Shown here one piece after another: positions 30,762 to 41,128 of a stretch of DNA of 62,157 nucleotides. This DNA is from Histomonas meleagridis 2922-C6/04-290x (Eukaryota > Protista > Parabasalia): contig JAANOX010000196.1 of NCBI GenBank assembly GCA_020184695.1, forward strand, positions 1 through 62,157, read 5' to 3'. The notes beneath the pieces were generated by a model. The model had not been told where the DNA came from. It saw nothing but the letters and a program-made list of their open reading frames with translations, and searched no databases. The position numbers and the translations under genes were made by a program. How positions within the stretch are numbered: position 1 is the stretch's first letter; each line of letters starts with the position of its first letter.

Positions 30762-33320
30762 TTAATCAGTCTTCGGGCATCCTACTGTCAAGAATTTCTC
30801 TAAATCAATGTTAATATTTGCCTGAATTTCTTCCATTGTTTGTTGGTCGCAAGTTTTCAGATATTCCAAGAACTTTACTCTTGTGTTATGTATATCGAAT
30901 AATCTCAATTCGAATTCGTCTTCTACCGCAGTTCTTACGATATCATCTTCGACTTCTGCCTTTTTAAATGCAGAAATTATCAATGATGTTCTTGACTTCT
31001 TATCGACTTGTTCGAATTTTTCATGTGTATTAATGATCAATGTCATTAATTGCACACTACTTGTGTTTTCTACCCACGCGCCGAAGATACTCCAAAAGTT
31101 ATCTCCACAAATTTGTTGGAATATATCGAAATGTGATATTAACATTGACACCATCAAAGAAGGCGTATAATTATATTGCGATGGGTTTTCGACAAGTTTA
31201 ACAACAACAGGCATTAACACGTTATAAGCTTGAATGATAATATCATCATTATAATTAATGAACAAGAAAATTCGCGCGAGGAATTCAATCGATTCTGATG
31301 ATTCATTCGAAAACTCGGAAAATATCTTTAAGACATTTATGCCTAACGTTAATAATTGTAATGCGTTTTCTGTAACATTTGCTGTATGAGGATCTTTCAT
31401 TACTAAGTTTTCAAGGATTTTAAGACCTTTTAGTATGAAAACTTCATTGTTCATTATTGATGAAACATAATTTAATAAGGTCCAAAAGTTTGGATGAATT
31501 AAAGGTGCAATAACTATTAACTTCTCAATAAATTCAAGAACAATTTCTAATGTGCCACTTTTAAGTTCTTGAAGAGAGTTAAAGATTTCATTAATTAATG
31601 TTGTGACAATTGTATCTTTTTCATTCGGGTCTTTGATTAAGTTTATGAATTTAATTAATGATGACATTAATACACCCGAATATTCAATGCCATCAAATGA
31701 ATTTTGGTAATATAAAAATGTTCGATATATTTCAACTGATAATTCGACCCCAATATTCGTCATAATTTCTCCAAAGAACTCCAACAAATTAGAAATCATT
31801 TCGATGAATTCATAATCATGAAACAATGAACTTAAATGGAAATACATTTCAACAATATTACCAAGTAAATCTTTACATGCATTCATCACTACAATTTTTT
31901 GTGTTTTGTTTTCTAATAATTCTGAAAATGTCGTCGCTGCATAATATTGTACTAATAAACATTGATCACCAATTAACATTGCGACTGTATAATACACATC
32001 AATACTTAAACATTCCATATTAAAATATTTAATGCCAAATAATCCGGCGCTTTTAATTAAATGATTTGATTCTTTACAAAATGAACTAAATAACATTACT
32101 AAGTTCGGACATAATTGTGGAAAATATTTAATAAAATTTTTGGCACATGCTGAAAATAAAAAGACAATCGATAATATATTTTGTGCACTATTATTAGCTG
32201 ATATAGATCGTACTAATAATGAATATAATGAATAACATAACTCTTGTGATTCTTTGGCTTTCATTTGAATGGTTTCAAAGATATATGCGCGCGCTGGATT
32301 TTCATCAAATACATCTTCAAATTGAAACTTGGCTAAAAACATTGATGGGTTCTCAATCGAATCTTTTATGTCTTCTTCATCTAAGACAAAAAATGGTAAA
32401 AGAATTGAAATACAAAATGAATCAATTTGTTGTTTGATTAATTCCCATAATGGCTCGTAAAAAATTAATGAATTAAATAAACGTGAAAATGATGTTAAAA
32501 GTCGTTCTTGTTTGAATTGGGAAAAAAAGGTTAATATTGTTTGAAATAATGGACTAACTTGTTGAATATCAATGACATTACAATAATTACGAATAACAAT
32601 TGTAATGAATTTCATGAACTGTTTCGAAAAGTATAGATAATTTTCGGTGTTTTGGAAGGATAAAAGTAAATTAACTTTGCCAAATAAGATGGATATATTT
32701 TCTTGTAAAAATGGAATGGGTGATGATTTTATTAAATATGTAAGATTGTTGAAGCTAATACTGTTAAGTATTAATGAATCTGTGGAGGATATAATTTGAA
32801 TGGTATATGGTATGAGAAAAAATAAATTTTGGATTTCATCGTTCTTTCGTTGATAATTTATGTGCCTAAAAAGTGAATTAGATAATACTAAAGAAGCAAA
32901 ACAACTTGTTTCATCTGTGGTAAAGCCATCTTTGATTATTGTGGTCAGCTCAGGAAAGCCATTTTGGATAAAAGAACAATTGACTAGAATAGAAGAGATA
33001 TTGATGCAAATTTTTGGAAATTCATGAGAGCATTTGATGATGGAAAAAAAATTTATTAAAATTAAATTTTTGGATTCGGGAGGAAGGTCACTTGTCCAAT
33101 GATTAACTATCATGTATTTTAGAAATATAAGCCCTGATTTTCTTATTTGTCCCGGATATTGCGTATTTAAAATAATATGAATTAAATGAACGCAAAATTG
33201 TGGGTCCAGCATATAATGTTTAAGATAGTTTTCGGCCTCCATTATTTGATTCTGAGGATTTGTTTGTGTTATCGAAAATGTAAGGTAAAGATTCCTAACA
33301 ATGTTTTCCTCGTTCAACAT
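30762..33320 (-). CDS. Importin-beta family HEAT protein (importin-7/8-like)
   Basis: IBN_N-like EAENYLK...IRKSGLIFLKYMIVNHW; EEDIKDSIENPSMFL...NPARAYIF central motif. Confidence 0.8.
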   Translation of the reverse strand: MLNEENIVRNLYLTFSITQTNPQNQIMEAENYLKHYMLDPQFCVHLIHIILNTQYPGQIRKSGLIFLKYMIVNHWTSDLPPESKNLILINFFSIIKCSHEFPKICINISSILVNCSFIQNGFPELTTIIKDGFTTDETSCFASLVLSNSLFRHINYQRKNDEIQNLFFLIPYTIQIISSTDSLILNSISFNNLTYLIKSSPIPFLQENISILFGKVNLLLSFQNTENYLYFSKQFMKFITIVIRNYCNVIDIQQVSPLFQTILTFFSQFKQERLLTSFSRLFNSLIFYEPLWELIKQQIDSFCISILLPFFVLDEEDIKDSIENPSMFLAKFQFEDVFDENPARAYIFETIQMKAKESQELCYSLYSLLVRSISANNSAQNILSIVFLFSACAKNFIKYFPQLCPNLVMLFSSFCKESNHLIKSAGLFGIKYFNMECLSIDVYYTVAMLIGDQCLLVQYYAATTFSELLENKTQKIVVMNACKDLLGNIVEMYFHLSSLFHDYEFIEMISNLLEFFGEIMTNIGVELSVEIYRTFLYYQNSFDGIEYSGVLMSSLIKFINLIKDPNEKDTIVTTLINEIFNSLQELKSGTLEIVLEFIEKLIVIAPLIHPNFWTLLNYVSSIMNNEVFILKGLKILENLVMKDPHTANVTENALQLLTLGINVLKIFSEFSNESSESIEFLARIFLFINYNDDIIIQAYNVLMPVVVKLVENPSQYNYTPSLMVSMLISHFDIFQQICGDNFWSIFGAWVENTSSVQLMTLIINTHEKFEQVDKKSRTSLIISAFKKAEVEDDIVRTAVEDEFELRLFDIHNTRVKFLEYLKTCDQQTMEEIQANINIDLEKFLTVGCPKTD

Positions 33321-34659
33321 TGAGGAAATAATGTTTTCTCTTTTTGAAACAAATCCCTCTGAATTTTGTGAACGATGGAATTTTGTTAGGTGTCAAAGCG
33401 CTTGGATTTTATGATTTGTCTTGTCGACGTTCGCATTTTTTAAAACATTAAATTGTGTTAACAATGTCTTTATAATATTGTCATAAAAAATGATCATTTA
33501 GAAAATTTTTATTCATTCGTAACAAATTTTATTTTTCAAAAACAAGTTGGGCTTTAAAATCTCTCAAAAACTTGGTCTTATTTATTAGTTGCATTAAAGG
33601 AAATAGTGTGTTAATCAAATTTTTAAATTCAGCAATTTCTATTTTATAGAAAGTGACTTTCTCTTTTAAAAGAGTTTGGGTGCGAAGAAAGAAGTGCAAT
33701 TTTTTTTTCTATGATCATATAGAATTATTTCAATTATGAATAAAATTGACAGGAACTTTAGTGCTCAATATATAACCAATTAATTGTTATCAACATGATA
33801 GAACTTTAATAGGTAATATTTAAAATATTGTACATAGGATTTAAGAATTAGGTACAGTTTTATATTTGGTACCAACGGATATGTATCTAGTTTATAAATA
33901 TGTTAAAACGAAAGTAGTGGCACAAGTTGACTGCAACACTAAATAAAAAATTACGCAAAGCCCAGGTTTAAGATAACCGCATTCTTTAATACCTACTAAT
34001 CGAAAATAAAAAGATAACTTTATTGCTGATATATCAGTTACAGGTTATGATGGCGGTTGTAAAATTCATGTTATGTACTAAATTAATGGGAAAAAGATAA
34101 GTTCTAGAACTTAATCATGATTAATTAAAAATATTCTTAACAATAAGTTGGGAAATCATTTTTATGGTTGATGTATAGACTATCCATCGTTTATTTCATC
34201 GAATGTAATATGATGGAGCAACTTTACCCTTCCAACTTTTGGGAATGTGCTTCATTCAAATGTCACATTTTTTTGTCAAGTTTACATATCGTTTTTTGAT
34301 GAGGGAGGGGCTCGATTTTTTGAGCAAAAATTAAACTGTCATTTTTTGAATTTTTTTTTTAAAAGTTGTTTTAACCGTTGCCATATATGGCTATACCTCT
34401 CAAATTTGAGATAATTGCCACTTTTTACAACAAATTTTTTTATAGGTGCATATCATTGCTCATACATGTTCTTTCTTGTAGCAAACATATTGTTTTTGAT
34501 ACACATTTCCTCTTTTCAAGAAATAAAGAGAAATTTATTTCCAACCAAACAAATGTTTTCTTTTATTGATCTGACAAAACAATATTCTTCGCAACCCCAA
34601 TTTTCTTTTGATATAGTCGCCCGTATGAAGCCTTTTCACTTTGCTAATTTTTATATTGA

Positions 34660-36341
34660 ATATTCAAGTACAGCTCAAAGTTTTACAAGTTAACTTCAGA
34701 AAATTTTCTAATAATCTTTATATTTTTCATAATTTCTTTCATAAGAAAATTAATTTCTCAAAACATACACCATAAAGAAAAAATTAATCAAAGAATTCTT
34801 TTTTATATATTTGTTTTATTTTTAGTACATTCATTTGAGGGGTATTATGAGTCAAATAAAACTCTTACGATAAATGGACCCAATGACTTTGAAAGCGCAC
34901 ATGGTGAAAATGTTGAGAATGTTATAATTAATGATGGTATTGAAGAAATTGATGATTATACTTTTTATGGATGGGAATCTTTACTTTATGTTAACATTGG
35001 TGATTGTGTTACTTCTATTGGGAATTATGCCTTTTATGCCTTTAATAATTTACAAAAAGTATTAATTGGAAATAATGTAAAAACAATTGGTGTATCTGCA
35101 TTTAATGGTTGTATGTCATTATGTATCATCAATATTGGGGAAAATGTACATACAATTAAGTCATCTGCATTTAATAGTTGTTTAGCATTAACAAAGATTG
35201 AAATCCCAAATTTGGTCACTTCAATTGAAGGTTCTGTTTTTTCAGGTTGTACAAAATTAGAATCAATAATAATTGGGGAAAATGTTACAGAAATTAAAAT
35301 TCAAGCATTTCAAAACTGTCAATCTTTAAAGAAATTCACAGTTCCAAATTTAGTGGATTCAATTAAAGAGAGAACATTTTTTGGGTGTCATTCATTAGAA
35401 TTATTAATAATTGGTCCAGTATCAGTGCAATTGATCGTTATGCATTTTATGAATGCAAATCACTTAAATGTATATATTTTTATGGTAAAAATGAACCTGA
35501 ATTCGGTAAATTTGTTTTTAAAGATGTTCCAGCACTATATGCGATGACTTTGACTTCATATAGTAGTGATAAATTTGGGGAATTGCTTGCATCAAAAGGA
35601 ACAACAATTGATGAATGTCATCCATGGCCAACACAACCAACCATGCAAACAAATTCATTTACTTCATCAAATTCATTTACTTTATCAAATACATTTACTA
35701 AATCAAATACATTTACTTTATCAAATACATTTACTAAATCAAATACATTTACTCAATCAAATACATTTACTAAATCAAATACATTTACTCAATCAAATAC
35801 ATTTACTAAATCAAATACATTTACTCAATCAAATACATTTACTAAATCAAATACTTTTACAATTTCAAATACGTCTTCCAATACACCACAAGCCGGCGGT
35901 ACATATATTAACACGATTGTTTCCAAGCATTCGATCACGCAAACGATTATACTCAAAACTATTTTTACTGATTCGATCACACTTACATTATTTAGTTCTA
36001 CATGTTCTTATATTAATTCCAAATTCATTACTTACCAGTATACACTTTACCAATATTCGACGTATTACATATATTATTCCAATTTCTACACCATAATTCA
36101 AAATGACTTGCATCAAGGTGATAGCATGTCAAAGGGCGCCTTAACTGGAATTATATGCGGTGCAATATTAATTGTATTTCTTATGGTTGCAATTACAATA
36201 TTTTTAATTCGAAGAAGTAAAAAGAAAATAAATACAATATCCGAATCATCCTCAAAAGCTTCTTCTGAAGGCAATTTAACTGAAGTTGTCAATAAAGAAT
36301 TTAATGACTTCATCAGTAAAGATAATGATCAATGGATATAA
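34660..36341 (+). pseudogene. BspA-like TpLRR surface protein gene lacking an ATG, with one frameshift near 35415
   Basis: Frame open from 34660 with a hydrophobic leader, then VTSIGNYAF-type LRRs; a second frame gives CKSLKCIYFYGKNEP, SNTFT repeats, TM IICGAILIVFLMVAITIFLI and a tail. Confidence 0.75.
35667..35864 (+). repeat. 18-bp tandem repeat x11 encoding the SNTFT(K/Q/L) stalk
   Basis: TCAAATACATTTACT(AAA/CAA/TTA) units at 18-nt spacing. Confidence 0.95.
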
Positions 36342-36694
36342 CCAAAAAAGTTCAGTCATTAATGATTTCATTGATATCTTTTGTAAAACACTAGTTTCGT
36401 TTTTGTTTTGATGTTATTTAGGGATATTGATCATGTCACATGACCAATTGTGATGACTTCATGAATGAAAACTATTTAATATTAAGAAATAATATACATG
36501 AGGAACATTGTTGGAGATAATGTTTTCATCAAAAACAATATATGTAAAAAGCATATTACTGTTCAAAATAGATGAAAACTTGAAAGAAATAATAATTTTT
36601 TTTTTAATTTTCGCATATAAACAATGTGTAATTTCTTGTAACAAAAAAGAAGAAAAAATATTTTTTAATTTTTACTTCACAAAAACAATTTATT

Positions 36695-38680
36695 TTATTG
36701 TAACGTTTGATCATTCCCATGATTATTATTATTTTTCTCCTTTGCGTTATACAGCTCCAGCAGCTTTGCCTCGTACTTCATTCTTATTGCCCTCAAGTGC
36801 GGCTTATTCTTTGTTGCCAGTAGTCCGTTCTGCACTGTGAACTCCTCCGTGTCAATCAGTATATTACAAATTCTTTCGTGTGTTCTCAAGTGGCACAAGT
36901 CCGCTTTCTCCATCAAGTTCCTCATTATTTCGCTTCTTGCGATTTCGCTTGTTTCGATTGACTTAATTCCTCTTCCTTTCCAATCGTCGACGAAGTTTTG
37001 TTTCGGGATGACGACTGCCACTGGTTGATTCTGGTGCGAATTTGCGAACACGTAAATGAACTTTACTCCATTTGCGTTTGAATATATATCATTTAATTTA
37101 CTTAACGATATATATTCTCCGTTGCTAAGTTTCACGAGTTGTTTCACATTATCAGTGATTTGTACAAACCCTTCTGGCGTTAGGATTCCTATATCACCAG
37201 TACATAGCCAACCATCTTCATCGAATACTCCTTTTGTTTCTTCATTATTATCTAAATAACCATCAAATAAATTCGCGCCTTTAAACATTAATTCTCCAGA
37301 TGGATTTAAGTCGTGCGGATTATAATTTAACCCTTCGACTGAACGAAACTTCATGTCAACAGCAATTGTACATGGGCCAACTGTTATAGATTGTTGTGAC
37401 CCAACTTCTTGGAGACATCCTGCTGCACATATCTCTGTTAGTCCATAGCCTTGGATTATGTTCTTCGTGATTATCGCACGTAATAATATGTAATTCTCAG
37501 GTAGAATTGGAGCGCCGCCTGATATTAATAATCGAATTCGTCCGCCTAAAATTCGCTTGAACTTGGAAAATAAAATTACATCCATGAAAAGGGAATTGGG
37601 CTCGTTGTTAAGAATGTTCGAGATTTTGTTCTTTAACGCCCAATTTATAAAGTAACGAAATATGGAATTACTTTCATCAATGTAATTATGGATATCATCA
37701 ACAATGCGATTGAAGATTTTGGGTACGCCGCACATGATTGTAGGCTGTAATTCTTCGCAATCTTTTAAGATATTGGACATGGTACCACTGTAATAACCAA
37801 TACGAACACCATACGCCATCATTGTAAGTTGACAACAAAATTCATAAATATGTGATAATGGTAAATACGAAAAATATGTGTCGTTTGTGGATATGGAAAA
37901 ACCTGCCGAACTTAGTCCTGTTGCGCCGGCAATTAATGCGCGATGTGAAATTACACATCCGCGTGGATAACTGGATGAACTCGAATTATACATTATTAAC
38001 GCAGTATCTTCGGGCTTGGGATGATAAATAACAAAATTACCAGAGTCAATATGCATTTTGCCTTTTTCAATTAAATCATCAAATGTCATAATGTATTCAT
38101 GTTGGACAAATGATATGGCAGCAATGTATTGGAGATCAACCTCATGAAGATATTGTTTGAATTTATCAACGTTAAGGCCATGTAAGACAAGAAATTTACA
38201 TTTTGAATGATTAATAATAAATTTGGATGAACCTGGACAAAATGACTCTGAAACTGGTACTGGAACTGCACCAATATATTGGGAACCAAATTGTGCAATT
38301 TGCCATTGAATGCAATTATGTGAATAAATCCCAATTCGATCACCTTTCTGGATGCCAAAAGATTGAAGACCAGCACCAAAATAAAGACATTGTTGTCTAA
38401 ACTGGGCAAAAGTAAGCCATTTATATTCACCATATGAACCATCAGAATTAACTTTTCTTTCTCCTTGACAATCACAATCAAAGTATGCTTTAGTAGAATT
38501 ATCAAGGAGTTCTGGTAAAGTTAGAGAATTTGGTTGACATCGAAAAGATGTTATTGGGCGCCCTCCATTTTCTTGAATTCTAACTGAATTAATATAAATA
38601 CCACTTTCATTTTCTTTTTTAGGAGGCGTAATTTGAATACATTTTCCGGGTTCAGTGTGGGAAGAAGCTTCAGTTCCCAT
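36695..38680 (-). CDS. Long-chain acyl-CoA synthetase-like (AMP-binding) protein with a degenerate P-loop
   Basis: YLPLSHIYE, ISGGAP, QGYGLTE, TGDIG, KLSNGEY; the A3 motif reads YNSSSSSYPRG. Confidence 0.9.
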   Translation of the reverse strand: MGTEASSHTEPGKCIQITPPKKENESGIYINSVRIQENGGRPITSFRCQPNSLTLPELLDNSTKAYFDCDCQGERKVNSDGSYGEYKWLTFAQFRQQCLYFGAGLQSFGIQKGDRIGIYSHNCIQWQIAQFGSQYIGAVPVPVSESFCPGSSKFIINHSKCKFLVLHGLNVDKFKQYLHEVDLQYIAAISFVQHEYIMTFDDLIEKGKMHIDSGNFVIYHPKPEDTALIMYNSSSSSYPRGCVISHRALIAGATGLSSAGFSISTNDTYFSYLPLSHIYEFCCQLTMMAYGVRIGYYSGTMSNILKDCEELQPTIMCGVPKIFNRIVDDIHNYIDESNSIFRYFINWALKNKISNILNNEPNSLFMDVILFSKFKRILGGRIRLLISGGAPILPENYILLRAIITKNIIQGYGLTEICAAGCLQEVGSQQSITVGPCTIAVDMKFRSVEGLNYNPHDLNPSGELMFKGANLFDGYLDNNEETKGVFDEDGWLCTGDIGILTPEGFVQITDNVKQLVKLSNGEYISLSKLNDIYSNANGVKFIYVFANSHQNQPVAVVIPKQNFVDDWKGRGIKSIETSEIARSEIMRNLMEKADLCHLRTHERICNILIDTEEFTVQNGLLATKNKPHLRAIRMKYEAKLLELYNAKEKNNNNHGNDQTLQ

Positions 38681-38906
38681 ATTTTATTAAAAAACAATCA
38701 TAGGAGGACGTTTACATCTTTTGTATTAATTGCTAACTTATAAAATAAACAATTGAATTCCGCCAACACAAAATTTCCGTTTATGTGGGAAAACAGAAGG
38801 TTTTTGACAAGATTATAAAAAAAGTAATTATTGTTAACGCTCAATAACCTCCTTTTCATTGAAAAAGTTGTCATATATCGATTATTTAATTCCGTTCCAA
38901 TAATTA

Positions 38907-40454
38907 ATGAATCTAACAATCTTATTTCTTTCAAACTCAATTCATTCGTTTTCTTCATTAATTTCCGATTATCAGTCTAACAAAGTAGGTCATGTTTCTT
39001 TATTACATTGTCATTTTATGAACCAATTTGCTCCAATTATACGTTCTTATTCTTCATCTGGTTTCCACGTTGCTTCTTCTTCATTTTCCAAATTTTTGTC
39101 TTCTGCTATTTCCATTCAATCTTCACAATTTAATAATCAAACTTTTAATGAAGTACTTAATTTCGATTCCAATTCTGATCTCGTTGTTGTTGACTGTACT
39201 TTTAGAGGTGTACAACTTGCACCTGCTATAACTTTCACTTCAAGTCATTCTATTACAGTTAACAATACTGCTTTTATTGATTGTAGTGCTAACGAAGCTT
39301 TAGAAACATGTACTTCAGCAAGCCAAGGATGTACTTCTGCTTGTATTTCAGTTTATCCAGAATATGATACATATGGAAATAAACTAAGTCATCCAATATC
39401 TTTAACCGTATCAAACAACGAATACCACAACCCACAAGCTCGAATTGATACTAACCTTCACGGACGTGGTTCTTGTATCAAATCACAATCTTATAATAAT
39501 TATATATACTCACAGACTATTGTTGGTGATCCAACTGATGGTAATCCTGGACCACTTGTTCACCTCCAAGCAGTTGATGATTCTTCTTATTCACATTATC
39601 TTGGATATATCAATATATCAAATATTTACAACAACTTAGAAACTAGTGCAAATATTAACCATGCTTCCACCTTTGTCTTTTTCAATTGTGAAGACTTTCT
39701 TATGGAATATATTAACATTGTAAATGTTACATCTGGATTCTATGCAATGACATTTAATACCGGTAATTCAATCAGTATGAATGGTGAGATATATAACCTT
39801 GCCATCAATAATATCAGAATGAGTAATGGTGGTGTAATTTTATATAATGATGCAAGAAATGTTGAAAAAAATATCACAATATACAATCTCTCTATTCATG
39901 ATGCAGCAGCAACCTCTGAAGGTGGGACGTTTTATGCTACAAGTAAGAATAGGGCAGCTAGCACAAATGTTCAAGATTTTATCATTTACGGATGCGAAAC
40001 CGATTTAACCGTCGAGTCATATTTTGTTGATGCGATAATTCGGGAACAAATAATTAAGACACCGGTACCCACACCGGAAATAACGACCCAAGAACCTGAA
40101 GAATCATCAACAGATGCAGAATCATCATCATCATCATCAGATGCTGAGCCAAATGATGGTGGTACAAATATTGTTGTAATTGTGGTTCCAATTGTTGTGG
40201 TTGTAGTTGTTATTATTGTGGTTGTTGTGGTTTTGGTATATGTGTTTAAATGTAGAAAAGCTACAAGTAGCTCGGATTCATCAGACAGTGGAAAGGGACC
40301 AAGCTTAACTATAGCTGAACAAACAATGTCTTATGGTAATACGGCTACAGTGGGACCAACACAAGATAACCCATTGTACACAGGATCATTTGATGAAAGC
40401 TCTGGTTCAAATAGTTCTGTGCCATTCCAAGATGATTCGGACGATATTTTTTAA
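38907..40454 (+). CDS. Type I membrane surface protein (Pmp/beta-helix-like) with an NPxY and acidic tail
   Basis: S/T/N-rich ectodomain, PT stalk, Val-rich TM, cytoplasmic NPLY and QDDSDDIF. Confidence 0.8.
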   Translation: MNLTILFLSNSIHSFSSLISDYQSNKVGHVSLLHCHFMNQFAPIIRSYSSSGFHVASSSFSKFLSSAISIQSSQFNNQTFNEVLNFDSNSDLVVVDCTFRGVQLAPAITFTSSHSITVNNTAFIDCSANEALETCTSASQGCTSACISVYPEYDTYGNKLSHPISLTVSNNEYHNPQARIDTNLHGRGSCIKSQSYNNYIYSQTIVGDPTDGNPGPLVHLQAVDDSSYSHYLGYINISNIYNNLETSANINHASTFVFFNCEDFLMEYINIVNVTSGFYAMTFNTGNSISMNGEIYNLAINNIRMSNGGVILYNDARNVEKNITIYNLSIHDAAATSEGGTFYATSKNRAASTNVQDFIIYGCETDLTVESYFVDAIIREQIIKTPVPTPEITTQEPEESSTDAESSSSSSDAEPNDGGTNIVVIVVPIVVVVVVIIVVVVVLVYVFKCRKATSSSDSSDSGKGPSLTIAEQTMSYGNTATVGPTQDNPLYTGSFDESSGSNSSVPFQDDSDDIF

Positions 40455-41128
40455 AAAGGCGTATTTTGCTATTAAAAATTTTGACTTTTATTATTATTAT
40501 TTTTACAATATATTTTTTTTAGATATGAAAGGAAAAACTTATTACATTCGATGAAATGTTGTAATTGTTCTGTTGTTCTGACTCAACATTTTTCAAAGAT
40601 TTCTTCATAACAATAATATGGTAATATACTAACATCCGTTTATAACAAGTATTAGGCATTTTTGAATTTCTTCAGATAGATATCGTGATATTATAATTTT
40701 ATATTTTATTTGGATTTAAATTGAATATAATCGTTATTGTGTCAATTTACTGTATCGTCTTTTGAAGGTTTGTTTCCCTTATCCCCTATTTTTTCTTCAT
40801 ACCCAAATTTTGTTTCTCTATGTTTGCTCTATCGAATATATTTGATCTATTGATTGTCGTTTTGTCTTTGATGGAATTGATCGTTTGTAATTTGTTTCCC
40901 TTTTTATTTATTATAAACTTTCCTTAATTTCGAATTTATTTGACTATACATATGTGACTTCTTTTTTGAGTCATTTTATCTTTTATTAACCATTTTAAGA
41001 ATGAGAAAATCCTTGAGCATTTTTTCGAAATAAAATATTGAAAAAGTGATTCAAAGAATCAAAATTTTTACATTTTTTTGTAAATTTATCAATAAGAAAT
41101 AAACTGCTCAACATATTCAACCGATCAA

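Noticed and set aside
33730-34115. Coding-like remnants upstream of the BspA relic
   Set aside because: Multiple stops, and no family could be assigned.
35566-36096. QIHLL(N/Y) repeat ORF
   Set aside because: An alternative frame of the 18-bp SNTFT stalk repeat.
40700-40920. Pyrimidine-rich tract (K/N-rich on the minus strand)
   Set aside because: No sustained ORF, repeat unit or element ends.
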